NCBI GenBank assembly: GCA_001179505.1
Contig: CDMY01000389.1
Location: 1 to 64,000 of the forward strand
DNA length: 64,000 bases
DNA from: Vitrella brassicaformis CCMP3155
Taxonomy: Eukaryota > Protista > Chromerida
Direction of reading: 5' to 3'
Position numbers and translations under genes: made by a program
Notes under the pieces: generated by a model
Told to the model about the DNA's origin: nothing
The model's input: the letters and a program-made list of their open reading frames with translations, nothing else
Database searches by the model: none
Shown: positions 12,501 through 24,338 of the stretch, in pieces
Position numbering within the stretch: position 1 is the stretch's first letter
Layout: every line of letters starts with the position of its first letter

Positions 12501-14275
12501 GCGAGACGGATTGCCGCGAGATATGGCGCGTCGCTCGACTCGATGGGTCCTCCGCCCCCACACACGGGGCGGGTCAAGAGGAAGAACCAGACATCGGTCC
12601 GCGGCCTGTGCGAGGGCCTGCCTGGGTGCGTCATCGATGCCGAGCGGCAGATGGTGTGGCTCGACACGAGGGAGGGCTTGCGACAGCTATGGGCGACGTT
12701 GCAAGAGATGACGGCGTCATTTGGCGAGAGCCCCGCGCCGGTGGGGCTAGACTGTGAGTGGCATCCCCGCAATCGGCTGGGGGAGAGGAGGAGCCCTGTC
12801 AGCCTTATGCAGGTTGCCCTGCCCTGCAGCCGTGTGTTTCTGGTGGATGTCTTGACTCTGCGGACCACCGAGAGGGCCATGTTGGGGGAGGTGATTGAGT
12901 GGCTGATGCGGAAGTGTGTCGTCGTCGGTTTCTCTGTTAGTGGAGATCTCGACAGGCTCGCACAGTCGCTCGATGGCGTTTTTGTGAAGGAGGTCCCTCG
13001 CGTCGTCGATCTGCAGCGCATCTTCAGCTCCCCACACGCGCCTCTGCTGTCCCAGCCTTCAGCCCCTATCTCTGACCCCTCCCCTCCCACATGGTTCGCC
13101 CACCTTAGCAAGAGCCTCCAGCAGCCCTTTTTCGGTCTCGACACCATGTGTGCCCTGTACCTCCACCAGCGGCTCGACAAGGCCTACCAGCGGAGCTCGT
13201 GGGAAGATCGGCCACTCACCGACGCCCAGAAGGCCTACGCCGCTCTGGACGCCATAGTGCTCCTGAAGATTGCGGCGCGAGTCTTCCCTCTCCGAGACGG
13301 CTTCCTTCGCGATGACTCTGTGGCCCTCGACGAGCAGCTGCAGCGGGTGGACATCACCCGATTCTGGTTTGCTTATCGCGCGAGAGCGGCACATGTGCAG
13401 CCGACGGGCAGTGGGTCGAGTGAGACGGGGAGGGGCTATGTGTCGGATGAGGCGTACGATGACGACACATGCGAGCAGAGCGAATCGGACGCAAAGACAG
13501 CGGAGAGCATTGCTCGGCTGCTGCCCTATGACGTCAGCAGCTTCGCCTACTCGCCCGACCATCTGCATGGGCTGCGGACGCCCGCTGACGTGAGGAGGGC
13601 TCTGGACGATCTCGGCCTGGCCGCCACCCCGCTGCTCAAGATCGACCGGGTGTTTGACGGGCCGAGTGGCGATGGTGTGGCATCAGTGGTGCCGGCGGCC
13701 TCATACACAATGGTCAAGACAGTCGCCTTTGTGGCAGAGGCGGACGGCAGTGGGGATGGCGACGAGGAGCGGCGTGTGGTCGGGGCGTGTGTGTGCGTGT
13801 TGCCGCTGCATCGGAGGGCCGACAAGGCGGCACTTGGGTGTCTGGAGGTGTGGCGTGACCGCGTGGCGGATGGGTCTGGTGATCACGGGGCGCCGCTGTC
13901 AGTCCGCTTGGCTAGGTCAGGAGGCAGGCAGCGATGGGCAATGGCACTTTGAGTCACACATCTCTATGCTTTGTGTTCTCAGTGAGGGCGAGTTGTACAC
14001 AGTCTGTGGGTATCCCCGGGGCGCGCTCGGCCCGCTGGCTCTCTGCGATCCGACCGGTCTGTCAAGCGGAGGAGAACCAGACCAAACCACATATTCAATG
14101 TCTTTCCTTGTCGTTCATTCGTGCAGCGTTTGTGGTGGTGGACGCTTCGCTGATGAGTGACGATGTGGACCTGCTGTTAGGGGGCGGGGCGAGGGATGTA
14201 GTGTACCCAATGAAGGCCGCCACACTCGTGCGGGTCACGGGTACGGCTGTCACGGCGGTCGCCGTCGATGAGTGA
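9544..14275 (+). CDS. Predicted single 8-exon gene (~1392 aa): DUF1853 domain + helical linker + Mut-7/EXD3-like DEDDy 3'-5' exonuclease + YbaK/ProX aminoacyl-tRNA deacylase domain
   Basis: Exons 9544-10167, 10247-10724, 10834-11112, 11207-11295, 11368-12147, 12210-13915, 13983-14056, 14127-14275. All introns are GT-AG, 62-109 nt and phase-compatible; total 4179 nt with no internal stop. DUF1853 motifs: VRDLAW, RLGFLYQSL, HVESAIKFY, FVGP, KGYLFY, RGWW, LPKMHWMSP, SRGFLLP. ExoI GLDCEW, ExoII GFSVSGDL, ExoIII YAALDA. YbaK-like VKTVAF, RLASEGELYTVCGYPRGALGP, VVVDASL, LLLGGG. The individual domains are more certain than the fusion. Confidence 0.75.
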
Positions 14276-14556
14276 CTGGATGAGTGATGAGTAGTGAGTG
14301 AGTGGCTGAGTGTGGGTGTCACTGCGTGTGTGTGTTGATAGAGTACTGGCTGAGGTCTGGCCTGTCTGGGTAGTCAGTCATTGGTGTGAAGTGGTGTCCC
14401 GTTGACGGGAGGGGACAGAACTGACGCAGATCTCACCCCTGCAAATGTGGTGGGTGTCTGCGATTTACTTACAAATACTTATAGAGAAATAAATGCACTC
14501 AATGGCGGACGCATCAGAGCAAACATCCGCATCTCTCCCTCCCTCTTATGGCTCCC

Positions 14557-17138
14557 TCACCGGCCGCCGATGCCGGCCTCTCTCTCTTGCCACAGCTTCA
14601 GTGCCTTCTCATTGGCCGGCACCGACACACGATAGTCATCTAATTGTGTCTCCAGCCCACGCAGTGCATGACCGTGCAGCAGCGTCAGCTCGTCCCGCTC
14701 AGCCTCCAGCCTGCTGCTGCTCTCCTCATCCACACCACCATCGACACCCACGGGCTGAGGTGCTTCTGATTCCTGCCCCTCTGCCACATCGGTGCGTCTG
14801 TATGGTCTCTTCTCGTAGTGCATTATGAGAGCCTCGGCGTGGCAGAGGGCGTTCTGGAAAGCCTCGCACATGGCGGTGCTTGATGCGAGCAGGTTCCTCA
14901 GCACGGCGGCCTGGTTGGCACTGCACAGCAGCTGACACCACACACACACATAGAGAGAGAGAGCGAGGAGGTGGGCGACCGCATATGGGAACCATATTTG
15001 GCACCTTTTCATTGATGTGTGTGATGTCTCCCTCCAGCTCCTGTTTCTCCATCTCCAGCCTTAAAGCACCAATGGCCAACAACACATATCACATCATACG
15101 CCTACATGGCGAGACGGCAAAGGCCTGCCTTCTCTTGCATCTGACCTGCCTACCTGTTACTTGTGGCCAGCTGTGCCTGGTATCTGTCTGTCAGGTCGTT
15201 GAGCTGCTGTGCCAAATCCTGCTTGGCTTCGATGAGCTTCTGGTTCTTGTCGACGTAGTCATACATTCTCTTCTTGCTGGTCTGCAGCAGACTCTCGGCA
15301 TCCTTCAACGCCCTCTTGTCGCCCATGTCAAAATTAACACCGCTACCCTGTCAGGCAATATGACAGCAACACTCGTGTGTGTCCCTCTCCTCTCCCTCCC
15401 CATCTCTGTGTGTATTTAGGCTTACAGGCGAGACATCGTACTTGACTGTCGATGTGAGCCCCAGGACCTCTTCCCTGCCGTGGTCGAGATGCAGGAACGA
15501 CAGCGACCGCAGCTCCTCTGTCTCCGCGCCAGCCTGTGTTGTCACGCCGATCCGCCTCCCCCCATACACCACCAAGGCACCCATGTGCTGATCGAATGTC
15601 GTCCTGGCATACAGCCGGCGGGGCAGCGGGGGTATGCCACCGATAAAGGGCGTCACCCATATCCTGGCCTTGTCGTCCAGATTGAGCAAAAAGACCGTAC
15701 CGACAAACCTGGTGGTGGTGTCTTTGCTGCCGGGCTGGTACGTCTCGCCGCCCCACAGGACGATCTGCGGCTGTGGCGTGCGCATGACGGCCATCGTGTG
15801 GCCGAACATCGGGCCGGGTGGGGTGCCTGCCGCTTCAACAGGCTCCCATCTGGCACTGCAAATACACACAGACACACACCGGCAGAGACATAGAAAGAAG
15901 ATCTTTGAACGCATTTCCGCTTGCTTACTTACGTGTTGCAGTCATATCTGTGGAGGTCGTCGAGGGGCATGTCATTGGTTTCCCCTCCATAAAGGTAGAG
16001 GTATTGGCCACAACCCACCATAGCCCCGCTGTGCCGGGCACACGGACATATCCGGGAGGAGGGAGCAGGAAACGATGGCGACGGTGCAACGGCTCCGCTC
16101 TGCATGCATGTACCGATCCATGGCAGGAAAGAGAAACGCATTGCGCCTATGGATTGTTCTTCTGCAGTCACTCACCCTGAGTTTTGTCCAGTAGATTTCA
16201 GTCACTTCCTTGCCCGACGCCCTCTTTTCGCGCAGAGAGTCGGTGAGTGAGGGCAGCACACTCAGCCCCCACATGTCGCCAAACACCCAGCCTTCAGGCA
16301 TGCCCCTACCACCGAACAGCCATCCCACATTCATGTGCCTAGCCGACATAAACAGAGAGACGGAGACACAAAGCGATAAATGTGTGGCTGCCGGTCCGGC
16401 CTTTGTGTCTTTTGCGTTTGGACATACCTACCATGTGTGCAGGGCGCTTTCTCTTGGCTCGGGGCAGACGCCATTGCGAAAGAAGGGAAACACGCGGTGC
16501 CAATGCATTCGGGACAGATCCAATACAAAAGTCTGATCCATCCAGCCAGCCAGCCAGCCAGCCATCCATCCAACATCAAGGAAGCCGCCAAGTGCTGCAT
16601 GCACTGTCCTTGCAATGCTTCCTACTTGGCTGGTGCTCTGCCGCATCTCATCCTGTCCCCTGAAGGCACAGACAGCACTCGCGTGCATAGAATACATGAG
16701 CCACCCGCACAGCCGTGCAATAGTCGCACTGACCCGAAGACGACCATGTAATTGCCAATTTTGCCGCCCTGCTTGGCGGACGTGAGTGAGCACACCCAGC
16801 TGGCATGATGGGCCGTCGGCTTCGGCAGCTCTCCGTTGCAACTGGCAAGGCCCCACGTCCATCTTGGGCCGACGGTGGCTGTTGTGTCGGTGAGCCTCTC
16901 GACGGTGTAGACGGCATTGTCCTTGCCCTTTGCAGTGAGGCCGCCATACAGCACCAGGGAGGGCGAAGCTGTGTCCGCTGACGGATTCCAGTGAAGAGAA
17001 CATCCTGAACAAGGTACGCAACAATCCGTGCACTCAAACGGAATGTCAGGTCAATGCATGGGGCAGCTGACCGGAGCGAACAGGTGGGGGGTTGCCCCGC
17101 GAGACGTCAATGGAGGTCCAACACAGACTCTGAGCCAT
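14557..17138 (-). CDS. Kelch-repeat protein with C-terminal coiled coil (multi-exon)
   Basis: Repeated kelch units: GNPPPVRSG, LVLYGG, PKPTAHHAS, WLFGG...FGDMWGL, ARHSGAMV...LYLYGGE...LDDLHRY, GPMFGHTMA...IVLWGGE, LVVYGG. The C-terminal exons are helical and acidic. ATG at 17138 is inferred. Confidence 0.8.
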
Positions 17139-17728
17139 CAAAACTTGTCGAGAACCGAAGACAGGCGAAAAATCTCGACGAGCGATCATCCTGATCGCTG
17201 TTTAAGGAAAGGCCGGCGACAGCCGGTGCCTGGTGTTCCTTCATCTCCCTCGAGCCCTGCCTTCAAGTTCAAGCCCATCGCCGAAGGCCAAGTGCATTTC
17301 GCTATTGTGGTATTTCATTTCAAGCACAGCATCTGACACAGACGACATGGACTTTCGTCATTGCCCAGCTCCTTCAGTCATACAAGACTATGCCATGCCT
17401 GCCCTTGGATCTTCCGGCGCTGCTCCGCCTTGCTACGCCTTGCTCACAAGACGGGCACACTCGCTGTATGAGATATACCTCATCCCCAATCTACTACCCA
17501 GCCTGCAATGTGAGATTATTCGCACATTGTCAGCCCTCAACGTGAAGGTGCCTTCCGGCAATCGACCCTTTAAGCTTCCCTTCGAGAAAGCGCCTCCGTT
17601 GGGTCAGAATCGAGATCTGAAAGTCATTTAGAGGTTCCTTCCTGACCTACCACAATATTCGTCCACTCTCTTCTCGATCAACGTGGCGTTCGAGAATGGG
17701 ATTTTGACAGCGTGTGTTGTGTTGACAG

Positions 17729-19610
17729 GGGTTTGAGGAGCGTCTCGACGCGTATCTGTCCGAGTACGTCATTGGCGTCAGGAACTGCGAGGAGTGGATC
17801 ACCTATGGCACCGAGGACAAGGAGCGTCTCAAGGCCGGCCTGATGCAGCTGCGGGTCAAGGAGCGGCGGGTTCGACTGTTGGACCACTTCTTCAGGCAGT
17901 GGAGTCTGGCCCTCTGTGAGCTGGACGACGACGGACGCCGAGCCGCTCTGTACGTTGAGAGACACACCCAATGGAGACACACCCATGACATGTGCCTGCG
18001 TGTGTCAGTGGGGAGGGTGGCTTCCTGTATGTCTTCCTTTTCCTCATCACCAAGGGGGCGTACACTGGTACTGCCATCCGGCATGGCCCGTCGTTCGACA
18101 GATAAGGTGTATCGATAGGGTAGAGGAAACACACACCCGCTCACTCGACAACATGGGTGTGTCTCGCACAGGGTCCAAGAGCACAAGAGAGGCATCCTCA
18201 ACACCATGGAGCACCTCATTCGCGGCACACCCCTCAGCGCCACTGCCAAGGAAAAGGCAACGACGTAATTGTCGAACAGCAATCGATGTCTACGACCACA
18301 CCACACCTGCCGTTTTCGTGGAATACATACAGCTATGCTGAGTGTCTGGCCGGAGTCGACTGGGAGTTGAGCATCCCCACGGCCGCCCGTGTCACAGGTA
18401 ATCCCGCCTACAGGAAAAGTCCACGGAGCAGCCCCGCATGCGCCTTAACAATTGGGTGTTGTGTCACCTATGTCTTTTCAGAGGACACATCGTGGGATGA
18501 CATGGCCTCCCAGATCGGGTGGAGGGAGTGGACAGCAACGACGTCTGCCGCCAAGGGCAAGTGGCGGGTGAAGTCTCGCAGCCTCAACGCATTTGTTGAC
18601 GTCGACATACACAAACTCAATAATCGTCTACATGGTGAGTCTGTCTGCGTCAAGAGGCCACGTCAGGTCTTCATTTACCCCTCTGGGTGTGTGCATGGGT
18701 GTCGGTTCCAGGCAACATCGGCCGAGGGACCACCAAGTCCTTCATCCATGAGGTGTTCGACGACCCTGACAAGACACTCTGGGACATGCTCATGTCGAGT
18801 GTGGCCCGTTTGGCACGTACGCCACACACGGGCGTGGCACCCCTCTCCATCATGACCATGAACCACCAGCCCTCCCTGTGTGTGTAGGGAAAGGCGTCTT
18901 CATCAAACCATACACCATCATGGAGCTGACACGCGACAAGGACAGCTGGACGATGGAGGAGGCAAGGGTACGAGTATGGCTCATGCGCGCATTGCAGCAG
19001 TGTATGTGCATGAAACGCCTACAGTTGGAGTGTGGCGCGCGACTTCATCGCCACCCGTTTTACGAGAAGCTCCCTGAGAAGGGCCATCCAGGCTTCCCGT
19101 GGCGCTGGCGGAAAAAAAAGAAAACGAAAAAAAAAAGGTCGCGCACGCACTGCAGATGTGCACATCGAGATGCTGTCTCCATTGTCGTTGCAGGGGCTCT
19201 GTGCGCAGGTCGTGAGGGACGTCGCCCAGAAGGCCGAGCTCGTCCGTCAAGGAGAGGGGGAGGTCGTGGGTGCCACTCCGTCGGTTTGCCACGATCGATG
19301 ACGTGACGCAACACTGCATTCAGCAGACGGAGGACTGGGTCAGTCGCAAACTCATCCCGGCAGCACCGGTAGAAAAATCAGGGAGGGAACGATGCACATC
19401 CCCCTGCATCGATGACACGGTGTGATGGTGCCAGATGACCAAGAAGGAGGCCGGCCGTCAGCTCCAGGCCAAGCATGCGGAGGAGTTCTCGCTGCCCATG
19501 GGCTTCTTCGAGCAGGCCAGCGGCAGTCTCTGCCTGCGGTTCGACAAGGCAGCACCACAGCACCCCGATGGCGTCACACCCTTCAAAAGAGTTGCGGAGG
19601 TGAGCATCCC
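17729..19610 (+). CDS. Uncharacterised multi-exon protein, possibly the N-terminal part of the downstream kinase; apparent frameshift near 19240-19260
   Basis: Exon-like segments GFEERLDAYLSEYVIG..., GNIGRGTTKSFIHEVFDD..., GKGVFIKPYTIMELTRD..., RLHRHPFYEKLP, ATIDDVTQHCIQQ..., QMTKKEAGRQLQAKHAEEF..., bounded by GT-AG sites. No family recognised. Confidence 0.45.
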
Positions 19611-19977
19611 CTAATGGAAACACGTGATTGCCCTCATTGGTCGCCAACCTCTCTATGTCTGTGTATGGTCTCTGTCAGAGAGTCCATAAGCTTGAGGGGC
19701 GTCCAGCCCCCCCTTCCAAAGGCCGTATCACCTCTGCATCGTGGGGGTTACTCTACGACATCGCATTACAAGAAGGTGGGTTCATGATGGATGGTTTGAT
19801 GGTGCGTGTGATCATGTCTGTTGCCACAGCGTCATATGGCCGTGGAATCCGGCCAGCGCGCGCGCGGTTGCGACGAAGGTGTCCGCGCAGCGCGGGGGAG
19901 CAGCGGTGGAGGTGGGCATTGGAGCCGGAGTATGTGGAATGGCGTAGACGGCGTACTGAGCATGGCTACTATATTGA

Positions 19978-21400
19978 TTGCCTATCATATTGATTGCCTG
20001 CCTACTTGCCGCCCCACGCCCGGCAGACCTCGTCAGAGAGGCTATCGAGGCGCTGCGGGGGTGGATTTTGGAGCGCCGGGAGGCCATCATGGCGCGGCCA
20101 CTGGCGGAGGAGGAGGAAGAGGCGGATGAGTTCGTGGAGGAGGTTTGGCAGGAGCTGGACCCCATGGCGCGGCTGCTGCGGCGAGCGGAGGAGCTGGACA
20201 ACCAAGGGCCGCGCCAGGGCACGTCAGCTGGGGAGAGGCCGGTGTTTTTGAAGCAAATCCACCCAACGTAAGCTCTCATTTGTATGACAACAATCATGAG
20301 TTTCTCTATGTTCATTCCTTGCATGTCTCACCATTTTCACAGCTGGATTGGGTGGACCGGTTGGCGGTAGGATGCGGGACCTACGGCGTGGTAAACAGAG
20401 AGAGAGGAGCTCCTACATGCACTTTGCTGTGTGGAATCCAATGCTTGTACCAGGTGGAGGAAGGGCTACTTCGACAGACAACCAGAGTAGCCATAAAGTC
20501 GGTGTGGGACTCGCTGCAGGAGGGTAAGCGGCTCACTCCAACATGCCTTGAATGCATCTCCTTCGTTGGCTGTCTGTTTGATTGCAGGAATTGCGCCGAC
20601 AGATTGGGAAGTCATGAATTTTGAGAGGGAAACTCGTGCATTTAAAGGTCAGCGTCTTCAACAAGACCCCACTGATTGCCGTCCTCATTTCTTACATTGC
20701 TGTCGCTTCGTAGCTTTCTTGAGTACAGAAACATTTTGAAGTGTCTCGGGGTGTGCCGGTATGGGGGCAATGCTGAGGCGAGAGACGCCACACTGAGAGG
20801 TCCTCGCCATTGTCTGGTGCTCGAATACATCGATGGAGGTCAGCAAAAGGACATAGACTGCTCTGTCAGAAGACCTCCACGTGTTCATATGTGCTTCTTG
20901 CAGACACATTGTCCAATTACCTAAGGGCACAGCCGGCGGCGGGGCGGAGATTTATATCGGCAGAGCATCTTGTACGCAACGGAGATATCAATCCCGTCAT
21001 TTGGCCCGGCGGCATTGACGTGTTGATTTGGTGTGTGCAGGTCAATGCAGTCGGTCCCTTGGATTTATTCACAGAGACATCAAACCAAACGTAAGCACAA
21101 CTGAAGCACCACTTTGTCTTGAATTGTTCTGTCTCTTTTGTCTGGCAGAATTTCTGGTGCGGGGAGATAATTTGCAGCTGAAATTGGCGGATTTCGGAAC
21201 GTGCATTAGACTTTCGGTATGTGTTCATTACAGCTGCCAACACGACATTTCGTTCCTCTACATGTGCGGCCCGGCGCGTGTCATGTGTCGAGGATGGCTA
21301 CGCGCTGCCCCCTGAGATGGCGGAAATTGCTGTTTACATTTTATATCCGTTCGTGATCACCTCTGCTACCACTACCACCGCAGCTGCCGCTTTGCCGCTT
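19978..21400 (+). CDS. Protein kinase (Ser/Thr or TKL-like), many small exons, C-lobe apparently short; boundaries approximate
   Basis: Gly loop AVGCGTYGVV, VAIK, FERE (alpha-C Glu), NILKCLGV, LVLEY, FIHRDIKPN, LKLADFGT, GYALPPEM. Confidence 0.75.
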
Positions 21401-21684
21401 TACTATTTCAGAGTCGTGATATCAGTACTGATGGGCTTGAGATGGGGTGTGAGGTGGCTAGTTTTGTTTTCCTGCTTGAGGTGTTTTTGCGCGTGCATGT
21501 AAGACACACTCCAGCCTGGCATGCTGGTTTGCATCGAAGTATTGAAGAAATCCATTCACTTCCTCCTGCGAGCTTGTCAAATCTCTCCCCTACGACCTTG
21601 CTCGTCGTTGCCAAGATCTGTCCCACCCTCGAGCGCAGGCTTATTGGCGAAGCGACCAGCCACTTTGTGCGCCTCTCCACAACG

Positions 21685-23849
21685 ATGCAGTTCATCGTGT
21701 TGACAATTGCAGCAACGGCATGGCTGCTTGCAGCTCTCGCTCCCACCCGTGTTGATGGCGCATCTGCCCTCAGCAACCTGCTGGCACCCCTGCCCTCCTC
21801 ATCCCGCTTAGGAGCCATCCTCAGAGCCTCTGCCCGCGCAGACAGCGGTCTCGCCAGTGATCTTCTCGGGTCATCTATCCGGCCCTCCTCTCTTGGCGCG
21901 GATGAGCTCAGCGTCGGTGCATTCGGCAAGGGAAGCCATGTGGTGTGTCTGACGGGCAGCGGAGCCAAGAGGGGGGCAGCGGTCGACGCATATGAGGCCA
22001 CTCAGCTGCTGCTGGCATGCGACTTCATCGTCCTGACCATCCCCTATGCGTCCCTGTGCACCGGCACCGCGAGTGACGACATCCAGCTGCTGCAGGGGCT
22101 GACTGAGAGCCTGCTGGCCATGCCGACCAAGCCGGCGAGCAAGAGGAGGCTGCTGGTGGTGGTGACTGGCTTCGACGGCACCGACGCGGAGAGGCAGGAA
22201 AGCCAAGCGGTGCTCTACAAGGACATGAAGGCTCTCTTTGACACCCCGCCGCCGTCAGCCCGGGTGAAGGCGGGTGAGAGTCCTTCTTTTGGGGACTATT
22301 TCGACAGCGACGTGTTCTTCCTCCCGCCCGCCAAGCTCGAGCAGAACGCATACGCAACGAAGGCGAGCAAGGAGAGATCTGACATATTGATGATACGCGT
22401 GTGGGAATTAATGGGTGCGTGTCTGCTGATGGGTTCTTCCTGGCAGGTGAAGCAGCTGTCTGCGAAGATCGATGAGGCTCTTTCGTCTGCGGGCGGCCCA
22501 CCTTCCCTCAGTGTCCTGCAGCAGCGGCTGGCACGCCCGCCGCCGTCAGCAGTTCCGAGGCGGGCAGCTGCCATGCTGTCCAGCGACAGTGAAGTTCTGG
22601 CAGCATACGAAACGGAGAGGATCAAAGAACGACTATACGCAAAGTGAGGCAAAGAAACCGAACCACCGCGACCCTTAAGCTATGTGCACACTCTCTCCCC
22701 GCGTCCGTGTGCGTGTGTGTGTGTGTTGTGTAGGTTTGTGGACGATGTGTCGAAGCAGTCGCGATCGTTCCATCGGGGCTTCGACAGTGGGTTCCCCTCC
22801 CTGTGCGACAACCTCATCCAGGCGGCCCTCAACAGCTACGACGCCGCCACCAAGGACTACAGCCCCACAGCTGCAAGGCTCAAAAACAGGCAGGCCTTCA
22901 TCAAACTCATGCTCAACGGTACGCACACACACACAGACACGCAGAGTCAGGGGCGGTGCGGTATCAGACACCACGCCCATCCCTCGCCATATCCTCTTCG
23001 TTCAGATTTGGTCGAGAAGTATGAGGCTCAGCTGCGGGCGCTGATGGGTCTGACGGTGGATCGGTTCCGCCAGGGCTTGAGCAAGACGCGCATCGGCCCT
23101 GGCGTGGTGCGTGCGCTAGAGGGGGCGCAGAGGGACGCACTGGCCTTCTTCACAAGCAACGCACACCGCCTCAAACCAAGAAGTGCCGGCAACGCATGGA
23201 GCGAAGCCGCCCAGAGGTCATCACATCTCACTCTCACCTACACCACCGATGGATGGGTGTTGCTGCTTTCTGGTGGATCATTTGTGCTGTGGTGTGGTGT
23301 GGTGTGTTGTTGAGTCAGGCATGATCTGCAGTCGATTCTGAGGGACCAGGCGTCGAGTGTGGTTGAGCTGGCCCGGGCGCAGGGTGCCCTGGCGGTGGGG
23401 GGCGCCAGGCGGAAGCCAATCGCCCTCTCCTTGCACTACCTCTCACCAACCGCATTCGGACTATCCGACTTCAGGTACACACCTGGACGCACTGCACGCA
23501 CAGACAGGCAGCAGAGGCAAAACTGGCGTGCGTGTGTGAGCGTGTGTGTCAGGCGTGACATCACGTTGGGTACGGGCAGTGGGAGCGAGTTGGGTTTCAC
23601 CAAGAGGCGGGCGGGCGTCATGTCGACATCGGCTGACCCTAGGGGAGACAAAGACACACAAATGTGAGCAACCGGGGGCGCACAGAAAACGAGAATCACT
23701 CGGCAACCCATTGGCCCATTTCTCTATGGGGGTGTGTGTGTGTGTGCATGTGTGTCAGCTTGGTGCCGAATGACGTGAGTCCGGACATATCTGCGCTGTC
23801 TGAGTCGATGGTCTACGACGGGCGGGTGTCCGCCAAGGGCAAGAGATGA
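21685..23849 (+). CDS. Signal-peptide-bearing Sey1/RHD3-like (degenerate dynamin-like GTPase) protein, multi-exon
   Basis: Hydrophobic leader MQFIVLTIAATAWLLAALA followed by a Ser/Ala-rich segment. Sey1-like blocks RRLLVVVTGFD, FGDYFDSDVFFLPPAKLEQNAY and helical bundle LIQAALNSYDAAT. Ends ...GRVSAKGKR*. Family assignment is by recalled resemblance only. Confidence 0.45.
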
Positions 23850-24338
23850 CGTCTGTGCACACGTGGGTGGGCGGATGGATGGATGCGTGTGTGACGATGG
23901 GTGTCAATCAATCAACGACGTGCTGTGCTGTGCTGTGGGTGGCGCGGTTGGCACCAACTCAATCGAGGTTTATAGGTAGGTAGGTGATGGTGATGGACAA
24001 AACGACCTGTGACTTGTGACATATCTTCCAATACGTATCTATCCTTCATCGTGTTTACTTCCTTCCATACAAACACGCACGCATCGCATTATATGTTTCA
24101 ACAAGACACTTGCGCCCCTCCCACCCTCCCTGCCGTCACCGTCCGTCCGCCTCTCGTGTGCCCCTGGCCAATCGCGATCCACAGTTGCGAGCTTTTGGTT
24201 TGCGATGCGTCCCTTTCCCGGTTTCCTATGCCACCGGCGTCGCCTGTAGCTTCCTGAGCCTAGATCTCCCTGTCGAAGCGAGCGAGACGAACGGACAGGC
24301 GACTCGTTTTGTCTGACCATCTATCTGTCTGTGGCGCG

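Noticed and set aside
19112-19136. A-rich tract as a retroelement poly(A) tail
   Set aside because: No flanking TSD or element body recognised.
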